DNA of 64,000 nucleotides from an uncultured Pirellulales bacterium. Lineage in GTDB: Bacteria; Planctomycetota; Phycisphaerae; Sedimentisphaerales; Anaerobacaceae. The stretch is taken from positions 4,684 through 68,683 of the forward strand of contig CAZMZR010000003.1 in the NCBI GenBank assembly GCA_964570855.1, given 5' to 3'. Below are positions 8,081 to 16,677 of this stretch, piece after piece. Both the position numbers and the translations under genes were made by a program. Numbering within the stretch: position 1 is the first letter of the stretch; every line of letters starts with the position of its first letter. Under the pieces are notes generated by a model, which made no database searches, was not told where the DNA came from, and saw only the letters and a list, made by a program, of their open reading frames with translations.

Positions 8081-9208
8081 ATGGGTGAACAACGAGAAAT
8101 TGATACAAACAACTCTAAGGTTTCTAAGGTACATACTACAAATTCCTTTTTGGATTTTGACTTATCTGCGAGGTCGTTCATCCGGTTATTACCAATTGGA
8201 ATCATTATCTTTAATCAAGATTTAAAGATTATAGAGGCAAATTCCCAGGCGGCAGAGATGATTCATGTAGGCACTTATATCGATAAATCTCTTGCAAAAG
8301 GAACAGATGACAAGATATGGCAAAACTGGACCAAACTTCTCAAAGAAGTAACTTCAACAGTAAAAACATTCAGGTTTAACGAAGTAGAATATACTGTTGA
8401 TAACAAAACCAAACTCCTGAGAATAATCTGCACATCCTTCCAGCAAACTAAGACCTCAGGAAACAATGGCGGAATCATCCTAATAGAAGATGTCACCGAA
8501 AAAGCCGACTTTCAAACCCAAATTACCAATACTGAAAGATTGGCCGCCGTTGGAAAACTTGCCTCCAAGGTCGCTCACGAACTTAACAATCCTTTGGATG
8601 GAATACTACGATACATAAATCTTACATTGAGGGCTGTTGATCAGGAGAATCTCGAAAAACCAAAAGAGTACCTAATCCAATGCCGTCAGGGACTTATGCG
8701 AATGATTCAAATCGTAAAAGAGCTTTTGGAATTCTCCCGCAGCACTTATTCACCATTTGAATTTGTCTCAATAGAACAAATTGTCGAAGATGCCCTCAAA
8801 ACGATGAACTTAAAAGTAGAAGCTCTTAATATACAGATAATAAGAAACTACAATGCCGGCCTGCCAAAAATCAGAAGTGGAAATCTGTTCCAGGTATTCT
8901 GTAACCTCACAAAAAACGCCCTTGATGCAATGCCGGACGGCGGTCAAATAAAAATCTCAACTTCTTTAGAAAATGATAACACTATTGTTGTTGAATTTCG
9001 TGACACCGGTACGGGATTACCGCCTGAAAATATTAAAGCTATATTCGAGCCATTTTTTACGACAAAAGAAAAAGGTAAAGGTACCGGCCTGGGACTGGCA
9101 ATATGCAGGGATATAATCGAGAGATATCACGGCACCTTAACCGCTCGGAACGCCCCGGAAGGCGGCAGCATTTTCAATGTATATTTGCCGGTGCCAACTA
9201 ATCCTTGA
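8081..9208 (+). CDS. cytoplasmic PAS-type sensor histidine kinase
   Basis: H-box VAHELNNPLDG. N and G boxes (NLTKNALDAM, DTGTGL, GKGTGLGLAI). PAS-like N-terminal half. No TM segment seen. Confidence 0.85.
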   Translation: MGEQREIDTNNSKVSKVHTTNSFLDFDLSARSFIRLLPIGIIIFNQDLKIIEANSQAAEMIHVGTYIDKSLAKGTDDKIWQNWTKLLKEVTSTVKTFRFNEVEYTVDNKTKLLRIICTSFQQTKTSGNNGGIILIEDVTEKADFQTQITNTERLAAVGKLASKVAHELNNPLDGILRYINLTLRAVDQENLEKPKEYLIQCRQGLMRMIQIVKELLEFSRSTYSPFEFVSIEQIVEDALKTMNLKVEALNIQIIRNYNAGLPKIRSGNLFQVFCNLTKNALDAMPDGGQIKISTSLENDNTIVVEFRDTGTGLPPENIKAIFEPFFTTKEKGKGTGLGLAICRDIIERYHGTLTARNAPEGGSIFNVYLPVPTNP

Positions 9209-9235
9209 TACAAATAAAAATCCTTTGGAGATTTT

Positions 9236-10621
9236 ATGAACGAAAAGAACATTCTTGTAATTGACGACGATAAAATCATAACAGACTCTCTTTGTGAGTT
9301 TCTGTCTCTCGAAGGATTTCAGACCGACGGCGCTGAAACTATCAAGAGCGCCCTGTCTAAATTGGATGAAAAGCGCTATAACCTGATCATAACAGATGTC
9401 AACCTGCCCGATGGTAACGGCCTCGATTTACTGGATACAATTAAGAAAAAATATCCGCAAACAGTAGTTATTGTAGTAACCGGTTACGGCACTATAGACA
9501 GTGCCGTCAAAGCTATAAAACAAGGCGCATACGAATATCTGACAAAACCCATTATTGATGATGAATTGCGATTGGCGGTTGAAAAAGCCATTCATCAACA
9601 ATCGCTTATGAGCGAAAACGAACGTCTGCGATTGCAACTCGAACGCAAATACAGGTTAGAGAATATCATCAGTCAGGATTATAAAATGTCAAAGATTTTT
9701 GACCTGATCGAAGCAATCGCCGACACCAGAGCTACAATATTAATGACAGGCCCCTCCGGTACAGGTAAAAGCCTGCTGGCAAGAGCAATACACAACCGTT
9801 CGAGCCGGCGAAATGAAGCTTTCGTCGAGGTAAGCTGTGGAGCCCTTCCGGAGACACTGCTCGAAAGCGAGCTGTTCGGACATGTAAAAGGGTCATTTAC
9901 AGGTGCCGTTAATAATAAGGAAGGCAAGTTTTTAGCTGCAAACGGCGGAACAATTTTCCTGGATGAAATTGCCAATGCTTCACCGGCACTTCAGAACAAG
10001 CTGCTACGGGTTTTGGAAAATCAGCAATTCGAACCGGTCGGCAGCAATAAAACAGAAACTGTCAATACCAGAATTATACTCGCCTCCAATCGTAATCTGG
10101 AACAGGAGGTACAGCAAGGCAGATTCAGGGATGATTTATACTACCGGATAAATGTAATAACAATAGAGCTGCCGCCTCTGTGTGAAAGAGTCAGTGACGT
10201 CCGTTTGTTGGCGGAACATTTTTTGAGGATTTATTGTGCACAGAACAACAGGCAAAAGTTCGGTATAACCGATGAAGCGATGCAATATCTGGAGCGCTAT
10301 TTTTGGCCCGGCAACGTTCGCGAACTGGAAAAGATCATCGAACGAGCGGCATTATTAGGCAAAGGTAAATTCATAGGTCCCGAAGATTTGCCGGATGTAA
10401 TTAAACAGGAGCAAAAACAGCATCAGACAATATACAAATCCATAAGCCTTAAAGAAGCTCTGGCCGAACCCGAGAAAAATATTATCCGCCAGGCCCTGGA
10501 AACCAATCACTGGAACAGACAGGCCACCGCCAGGGCGCTTCAGATAAACCGCACAACATTATTCAAAAAAATGAAACACTACGGTCTTTACGATGAGGCC
10601 GAACAATTAGGATTGATCTGA
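9236..10621 (+). CDS. sigma-54-dependent response regulator (NtrC family)
   Basis: Receiver domain (LIITDVNLPDGNG). AAA+ domain (GPSGTGKS Walker A, GSFTGA loop, FLDEI Walker B). C-terminal Fis-type HTH (RQATARALQINRTTLFKKM). Confidence 0.9.
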   Translation: MNEKNILVIDDDKIITDSLCEFLSLEGFQTDGAETIKSALSKLDEKRYNLIITDVNLPDGNGLDLLDTIKKKYPQTVVIVVTGYGTIDSAVKAIKQGAYEYLTKPIIDDELRLAVEKAIHQQSLMSENERLRLQLERKYRLENIISQDYKMSKIFDLIEAIADTRATILMTGPSGTGKSLLARAIHNRSSRRNEAFVEVSCGALPETLLESELFGHVKGSFTGAVNNKEGKFLAANGGTIFLDEIANASPALQNKLLRVLENQQFEPVGSNKTETVNTRIILASNRNLEQEVQQGRFRDDLYYRINVITIELPPLCERVSDVRLLAEHFLRIYCAQNNRQKFGITDEAMQYLERYFWPGNVRELEKIIERAALLGKGKFIGPEDLPDVIKQEQKQHQTIYKSISLKEALAEPEKNIIRQALETNHWNRQATARALQINRTTLFKKMKHYGLYDEAEQLGLI

Positions 10622-10692
10622 AAAAACGATAGCAGAATCGAGTTAGTTCTTATAACGGTAAAATACTATACTAATTCAGGGCATTCAACACA

Positions 10693-10996
10693 GGGTGACA
10701 TTTTTCCTATCTCCTCATCGATAAAACAGTTAGCATAAAGACCCCTGCTTTTTGCGGAGGGAGGGGAGAAGGAAGAGAAAAGCAGGGGCAAAAATGAAAA
10801 AGCTATTGTTATTATATCTCATTTGAAGGCCCCGGGTCAACACAAATACCCACAAATTAGACGGGAAAACGGCTTTTTTTACATTTTTTTATCGTCCGAA
10901 AACAGCGGATATAAACTGCCATCGATAAGCATATTACCGGCGTGACACTCAGCCATATTCTTATACCCTATAACATAATAATCCAAAATGTCACCC
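10693..10996. repeat. 304-bp non-coding segment bounded by perfect 12-bp inverted repeats GGGTGACATTTT / AAAATGTCACCC
   Basis: Arms at 10693-10704 and 10985-10996, read directly. Lies between two convergent genes. Confidence 0.5.
10742..10788. other. 11-bp-stem hairpin CCCCTGCTTTT / AAAAGCAGGGG with a 25-nt purine-rich loop
   Basis: Stem arms 10742-10752 and 10778-10788. Loop TGCGGAGGGAGGGGAGAAGGAAGAG. The opposite strand gives a C/U-rich loop followed by TCTTTAT. Confidence 0.5.
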
Positions 10997-11077
10997 CCGC
11001 TATCTGACCTTTTATGGAATTTCCTCAAACGACGAGAGACCAGGGAATCTGAAAAACAACATACATAGAATATGAAA

Positions 11078-11548
11078 TCAGTCTTCCTTTTCTAATGCCT
11101 CTTTCAGATTCAATCCTTCTTCTTTCATGTGTTGCTCGGTAGCCTCAATCTTATATTTATGTTTTTTGTGCATTCTCACAAATAACCAGCGGGGAATCCT
11201 CAGGCTACCTGTAGCGCTAAAAATGCAATTATCCTCACCCTTTGGCTCAATAAGAAATTTATTCTCCGGCACTAAAAGTGATAATGGAAACAACGACCTG
11301 TATCGAATTTCTCTGTTCCGTACAATTTTTGTTATACGAAATTTAAGTTTATGCAAATCGCCATGAAGATATTCCTCTGCATAAATGATTGAGCCTTCCT
11401 GCAAAGGTTTGCCCTTAATCCAGCGAATATCTACATGGTCGGGGTGCCAGGCCCTGTAAGCCCCCCCATCTTTCAAACACCGGATCAGCCACTTGAACAC
11501 CCTTTCCGGCGATGTATGTACTTCAATTGAATCTTTCAAATTAATCAT
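11078..11548 (-). CDS. SRPBCC (START/polyketide-cyclase-like) family protein
   Basis: Start moved to MINLKDSIEVHTSPERVFKWL with RBS GGGGGAAGG, because the longer ORF runs into the tRNA. The N-terminal pattern is typical of SRPBCC proteins. Confidence 0.7.
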   Translation of the reverse strand: MINLKDSIEVHTSPERVFKWLIRCLKDGGAYRAWHPDHVDIRWIKGKPLQEGSIIYAEEYLHGDLHKLKFRITKIVRNREIRYRSLFPLSLLVPENKFLIEPKGEDNCIFSATGSLRIPRWLFVRMHKKHKYKIEATEQHMKEEGLNLKEALEKED

Positions 11549-11570
11549 GTTAGGCCTTCCCCCTAAAGAA

Positions 11571-11654
11571 TGCCCAGGACTGGAGTCGAACCAGCACGAG
11601 ATTGCTCTCACTAGCCCCTCAAGCTAGCGCGTCTGCCTATTCCGCCACCTGGGC
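11571..11654 (-). tRNA. tRNA-Leu (anticodon GAG), type II with long variable arm
   Basis: Manual cloverleaf: acceptor GCCCAGG/CCTGGGC plus discriminator A; 3-bp D stem GCG/CGC; anticodon stem CTAGC/GCTAG with loop TTGAGGG; variable arm GAGA-GCAA-TCTC; T arm GCTGG-TTCGACT-CCAGT. CCA is not encoded. Confidence 0.9.
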
Positions 11655-11688
11655 TTTAATGTCGATTATCGGGAAAAAATACAGGTTG

Positions 11689-12372
11689 TCAACTACCTTT
11701 TTGATTGTCCCAGAGCAGGATATGCAGCCGCTGGCTAAAAGCAAAGCCGGTGCGCTTGCATAAATCGGCCACAACAGGAGCTTTTTTAAGAAGTTCATCT
11801 CTGGTAGCCGCCTGCGGCATGAGCATCACTTTTTCCAAATCGACATTCGTTAGTTTATCTATTGTCTTTTCTATCTCAGAAAAGTCCGACTCAACATCAA
11901 CTACAAATTTTAGTTGATAATTATAATTGTCAATCAATTCACCAAGAACCGCCATATCGAGTCTCGAATCCTCGTGAATCGCTGCAAGTCCCTCCTCATC
12001 CGGAACTGAATTACTTAACTTTGGACTTATACTCATTAAATCACACGGCATATCCGCAATATATGCAATGCCGGCGGTCTCGATTGTTACGTGTTTTTCA
12101 GTATCTTTAAGTTCTTTTACCAGTTCAGGCAGATCTGAATTTATCATCGGTTCACCGCCGGTTATTACTACATATCTGCAAGGCCATTCCTGAACTTTAC
12201 GAACTATTTCGGCAATGGTCTGCCGCCGCCCTGCTTCTTTGGACCAGGCGTATTTCGTGTCACACCATCGGCATCGCAGGGGACAACCCGCCAAACGCAC
12301 AAACACGCTGGGGACACCTGCCATAAATCCTTCGCCCTGTAAAGAATAGAATATTTCATTGACTGTCATCAT
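11689..12372 (-). CDS. queE: 7-carboxy-7-deazaguanine synthase (radical SAM)
   Basis: N-terminus TVNEIFYSLQGEG...FVRLAGCPLRCRWCDTKYAW is characteristic of QueE. Adjacent to queC. Confidence 0.9.
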   Translation of the reverse strand: MMTVNEIFYSLQGEGFMAGVPSVFVRLAGCPLRCRWCDTKYAWSKEAGRRQTIAEIVRKVQEWPCRYVVITGGEPMINSDLPELVKELKDTEKHVTIETAGIAYIADMPCDLMSISPKLSNSVPDEEGLAAIHEDSRLDMAVLGELIDNYNYQLKFVVDVESDFSEIEKTIDKLTNVDLEKVMLMPQAATRDELLKKAPVVADLCKRTGFAFSQRLHILLWDNQKGS

Positions 12373-12399
12373 TTTTGCAACAGGCAGTAAAAAACCCGG

Positions 12400-13104
12400 C
12401 TAAATATTATCAATATATTCAATCGGATCCTTTTGCCCTGCTTCGGTGAAGCCTTTTAATCTCAGCCGGCAAGAATCACATCGCCCACAACTTCTACCCT
12501 GCCTGTCCGGGTCGTAGCAACTATGCGTCAGGGAATAATCTACGCCGAGTTCGGTACCTTTGAGAATAATCTGGGCCTTAGTCATATTAATGATAGGAGT
12601 ATGGATAAAATATTGTCCTTTACCCTTAACAGCAGCAGCAGCAGTGGCAAGATTGGCGGTTTTCTCAAAAGCCGTAATAAATTCTTCACGACAGTCAGGA
12701 TAGCCACTGTAATCGGTCGAATTGACACCGATAAAAATGTCAAAGGCGCCCAACACCTCAGCCCAGGCAAGCGCATAGCTTAAAAATATTGTGTTCCGAG
12801 CGGGTACATAGGTCAACGGAATTTCTTCAGAATTGCTTAGATCGGTTCTGTTTTTCGGCACGGCAATATTTGAATCGGTAAGTGCTGAACCGCCAAAAGC
12901 AGCCAAATCTATATCGATAATGCGATGTTCAACGGCTTGAAGATATTCAGCAATTTTTTTTGCGGCTTCAATCTCCCGCTTATGCCGCTGACCATATCGA
13001 AACGTCAAAGCACAGCATTGAAAATGTTCGCTTCGAGCTATAGCAAGCGTAGTGGCCGAATCAAGGCCGCCACTTAACAAGACAACTGCTTTTTTCTCTT
13101 TCAC
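12400..13104 (-). CDS. queC: 7-cyano-7-deazaguanine synthase
   Basis: PP-loop [13 protein letters not shown]-terminal Zn cluster CYDPD...CGRCDSC. GTG start with GGAG RBS. Confidence 0.9.
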   Translation of the reverse strand: MKEKKAVVLLSGGLDSATTLAIARSEHFQCCALTFRYGQRHKREIEAAKKIAEYLQAVEHRIIDIDLAAFGGSALTDSNIAVPKNRTDLSNSEEIPLTYVPARNTIFLSYALAWAEVLGAFDIFIGVNSTDYSGYPDCREEFITAFEKTANLATAAAAVKGKGQYFIHTPIINMTKAQIILKGTELGVDYSLTHSCYDPDRQGRSCGRCDSCRLRLKGFTEAGQKDPIEYIDNI

Positions 13105-13520
13105 AAATCAACTCCGGTTAAAAAGACGATTTTCACTCAGTGGGGCTATTCGGGAAATATCCTAATATCGTTAATCTCAGAATTCTGCATTTTCTTTATG
13201 AAACCAATACTTAACTCTTCATTCGTTACATTCATGCCTTTGTTCGTCTCAACCACAGGTTTATTCAATTCAATTGCTTCCTTTTAAAAAATTAATCACT
13301 TAAACAAGAATTATTGATAGTAACCATATCCCCTCTTAATATCACAACCATCGGAATAATAAATATAACTGACCTTCCGGTCCCATGCAATACTTTTAGC
13401 AGGAGTGCCCCCGACAGCAGACGGGACATTATTTGTTATTATCCATACCAAATTATTGCTTGTTTTACATTAATATAACGATTATATTATTAGTGAAGAA
13501 CTGATAAGAGAGGCCAAATA

Positions 13521-13874
13521 ATGAGTAAACGGGCAGAAATAGAATTATTCGACAATCCCCGTCCTGAACGAGACTATTGTATTATAATAAGATCACCTGA
13601 ATTTACAAGTGTTTGCCCTCGAACAGGCCAGCCGGATTTTGGGGAAATTGTCATCGAATATTGTCCCGATAGATTGTGTATAGAATTAAAAAGCTTGAAA
13701 TTCTACCTGCAGGGTTATCGCAATAAAGGAATTTTCTATGAAGCTCTTACAAACGATATTCTTGACGATCTGTCCGGTAGATGTGAACCACGCTGGATGA
13801 AGGTCACATCCCGATTCACACCTCGTGGCGGAATAACGACCGAGGTGGTAGCAGAATATAGAGTTAAAAAATAA
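13521..13874 (+). CDS. queF: NADPH-dependent 7-cyano-7-deazaguanine reductase (type I)
   Basis: Catalytic-Cys block [15 protein letters not shown] and QueF motif ELKSLKFYL. 117 aa. Confidence 0.9.
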   Translation: MSKRAEIELFDNPRPERDYCIIIRSPEFTSVCPRTGQPDFGEIVIEYCPDRLCIELKSLKFYLQGYRNKGIFYEALTNDILDDLSGRCEPRWMKVTSRFTPRGGITTEVVAEYRVKK

Positions 13875-13899
13875 AGTATTTCTTATCTGAGGTGACAAA

Positions 13900-14403
13900 A
13901 TGGCAATAGTATTTCACTGTGAGCATTGTGGCAAAGAAATAAGAGCGGCTGATAATGCCGGCGGGAAATGGGGAAAGTGTCCTACTTGTCAACATAAAAT
14001 TTATGTTCCCAGTTTGGGCGATGATGAAGAGTTGAAGCTTGCTCCGGAAAATAACAGCGAACTGGAAAGAGAAAAAAAATTAATGGCAGAAACATATCGA
14101 CTCACCCAAGACATACTCAAGGAAAGAGACATCCCGGAAGGGCCATCGGCACCCGCAGGAGCAGTCTATGAAATGAGTGAAAACGAGTTGAAAAAAAATA
14201 TTATAATGTACCTTCGTCAAATGGAAAACGGAGAACTGGACGAAGCAGAAAGAACCGCCGCCTTAATATCTCCATACAAATCCAAGGTCACTGAAATAAT
14301 CGACAGAATCGCACTCAGTGAAATACCCGAACCACAATTATCCGATATCGCACCTCAAGTTCTATCGGGTTTGATAAGAACATTACGTTCGAAAATAAGC
14401 TAA
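13900..14403 (+). CDS. hypothetical zinc-ribbon protein
   Basis: N-terminal CEHCGKEI...CPTCQHKI (CxxC-x17-CxxC). The rest is helical/acidic with no recognised motif. Lies 25 nt after queF. Confidence 0.5.
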   Translation: MAIVFHCEHCGKEIRAADNAGGKWGKCPTCQHKIYVPSLGDDEELKLAPENNSELEREKKLMAETYRLTQDILKERDIPEGPSAPAGAVYEMSENELKKNIIMYLRQMENGELDEAERTAALISPYKSKVTEIIDRIALSEIPEPQLSDIAPQVLSGLIRTLRSKIS

Positions 14404-14605
14404 ATACAGAACAAAATACCATAAACTTAAAAAACACTTCCTGCAGATAAATCCGAAGTGATTTTATCGGCCGCTGTAGTTTTTTTAAAATTAGTAAAAT
14501 CCCCGGATTTGGCTCTAATGAAACCATTTCTTATATTTTACGTAGAAGAAATAGTTAAGAAACAACCCCACCAAAATAGTATAACAACTTGGAGGGAAAT
14601 TTATT

Positions 14606-16378
14606 ATGTCCTTTGAGACAACTGCAGTACATGTGACACATGAAACCATCAGCAAAGTCGGCGGAATAGGTGCCGTCCTACAGGGCTTCTTCACATCCAA
14701 GTCCTATCTTAACGCTGTCAGTCGATCCATTCTTGTTGGACCATTGTTCACCACCGAAGGTTTTGTACACGAACGACTCGGTGAGAACAGTGAAGTTCTT
14801 TATTCATCGATGGACGGTTTTGTAAATACAGGATATGTCCAGGCCTTTAGGAAAATCGAAAATTTCTATAATACGGGCATTATATACGGCAGACGAACAT
14901 TCACCGATAAGGAAACGGGTATAAAAAGCTCGCCCGAGGTTGTACTGATCGATGTACGACACATGGATAAGCATCCGGTTAACGAATTTAAAAAACGTCT
15001 TTTCGAGGAATTCGGAGTACAAAGCAATTTATACGAACATCTGTGGGAATTCGAGCAATATATAAGATTGGCTCCGGCGGCGATTGAAGTGCTTAAAGCA
15101 ATCGGAGCCGCCGAAGATTCAACAATCATTATTGCACACGAGTTTATGGGAATGGCCACCGCTTTGGCAGCCATTCTTGAGCCATCCTGCAACTTCAAGA
15201 CTGTTTTTTATGCTCACGAGGTTGCTACAATGCGCCGAATAGTGGAAGAACATCCCGGTCACGACACGATGTTCTATAATGTTATCAGGCAGGCACATAA
15301 AGACAGACTGTATGTTAACGATGTATTCGGAGACCAGAATTCTTATTTCAAGCATTCACTTGTTGAAGCATCAAAATACTGTGACCATATATATGCCGTG
15401 GGCGACTATGTGGTGGACGAACTGCGCTTCCTCGCACCTGAATTCGAAACAGCCAACATCGACGTTGTATATAACGGGATACCGGCTTACCAAACCAGTG
15501 TCGCAGAGAAGCGTGCGTCAAAAGAAAAACTTCAACGATATTGTGAAAATCTTTTAGATTATAGACCGGATTTCATATTCACACACGTAACAAGACTGGT
15601 ACGAAGCAAGGGAATGTGGCGAGACCTGCGTGTGCTCGAACATATAGAAAAAGAATTCAGAACCCAAGGTAAAACAGGAGTATTATTCGTTCTTTCGACC
15701 GAAGTTTCGTCAAGGCGGAACCGTGATATTTGCACAATGGAATCTACATACAACTGGCCTGTAGCTCACCGTGAGGGTTGGCCTGATTTGTCCGGCGGGG
15801 AAGCGAATTATTATACAGCAGTACAGGAGTTCAATGCCAAAAGCAGGAATATCAAAATCATATTCATCAATCAGTTCGGTTTCGAACCTCAAAAGTGCGG
15901 CAGAAGGATGCCCGATGATATAGAATTTATGGATATTCGCAGGGGAAGCGACGTCGAATTTGGTCAGAGTATTTACGAACCGTTTGGGATTGCCCAGCTT
16001 GAACCGCTGACTTTTGGCGGTATATGTGTCTTTAGCAGCGTTTGTGGATGTTCAGGCTTTTTGCGAGATATCACCTGTGGAGAAGCAATAAAGAACATTA
16101 TTATCGCCGATTACACCAATCTTGGAATGCATGATTTTACCGAAATCGAAGACCTATTACAAATTGACCGGGCCGTACGAGACCGGATAGAAGCAAGTGA
16201 GAGTGAGAAGGTCGCAATGCAAATATGCTCTCGGCTGCCGAAAAATGATGCTGAAATCGAGAGTATGATCCAGGCCGGTTTTGAACTTGCAAAAAATATG
16301 AGCTGGGACATTGTTGTAAATGACTATCTGCTGAGTAGTTTGCAAAAAAAACCGGACAAAATCCACGTGACACCATAG
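14606..16378 (+). CDS. glycosyltransferase, glycogen(starch)-synthase-like (GT3/GT4-like)
   Basis: N-terminal HETISKVGGIGAVLQG resembles the E-x-x-N-K-V-GG-I motif of glycogen-synthase-type GT-B enzymes. RBS GGAGGG. Confidence 0.55.
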   Translation: MSFETTAVHVTHETISKVGGIGAVLQGFFTSKSYLNAVSRSILVGPLFTTEGFVHERLGENSEVLYSSMDGFVNTGYVQAFRKIENFYNTGIIYGRRTFTDKETGIKSSPEVVLIDVRHMDKHPVNEFKKRLFEEFGVQSNLYEHLWEFEQYIRLAPAAIEVLKAIGAAEDSTIIIAHEFMGMATALAAILEPSCNFKTVFYAHEVATMRRIVEEHPGHDTMFYNVIRQAHKDRLYVNDVFGDQNSYFKHSLVEASKYCDHIYAVGDYVVDELRFLAPEFETANIDVVYNGIPAYQTSVAEKRASKEKLQRYCENLLDYRPDFIFTHVTRLVRSKGMWRDLRVLEHIEKEFRTQGKTGVLFVLSTEVSSRRNRDICTMESTYNWPVAHREGWPDLSGGEANYYTAVQEFNAKSRNIKIIFINQFGFEPQKCGRRMPDDIEFMDIRRGSDVEFGQSIYEPFGIAQLEPLTFGGICVFSSVCGCSGFLRDITCGEAIKNIIIADYTNLGMHDFTEIEDLLQIDRAVRDRIEASESEKVAMQICSRLPKNDAEIESMIQAGFELAKNMSWDIVVNDYLLSSLQKKPDKIHVTP

Positions 16379-16503
16379 GAATTTACCATTTTAACCATAT
16401 TTGCAGATCAGACCGGATATAATGGAAATCCCTCCCAATCATATCAACAGCCCATAAAACACCGGGTTCTATATAATCTCTTTATAAAAATCACTAAAAA
16501 ACC

Positions 16504-16532
16504 TTGATAAAAGGTTATTTTTGTGTTAATAT
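16504..16532 (+). promoter_or_regulatory. sigma-70-type promoter TTGATA-17nt-TGtTAATAT (extended -10)
   Basis: TTGATA 16504-16509, TG 16524-16525, TAATAT 16527-16532. About 145 nt upstream of the protease gene. Confidence 0.4.
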
Positions 16533-16677
16533 AAGTAAATATAAATAAAGTCTATGTTGGCTTGTCATAGTGAGTTTTATTCTCAATAGCCCTTATATTT
16601 ACTTATAGTCTCAAAACTCAATGAAGCTCACACATATTACCACCCCAAAAGGGGGGGGAATCAATAGCAGTTAACAT

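Noticed and set aside
11549-11611. N-terminal extension of the 177-aa ORF (11078..11611, minus) in the ORF track
   Set aside because: The extension runs into the tRNA-Leu gene (11571-11654). An internal ATG at 11548 has a strong RBS and starts a typical SRPBCC N-terminus.
13105-13520. Expected preQ1 riboswitch in the 416-bp divergent queC / queF region
   Set aside because: I read both strands and found neither the class-I pattern (short stem, then an ACCC-containing loop, then an A-rich tail ending in CUA) nor anything like classes II/III. I also rejected a GGGGCTATTCGGG string at 13142-13154 that superficially resembles a tmRNA 5' end, because no T-arm or acceptor partner follows. A covariance-model scan would be decisive.
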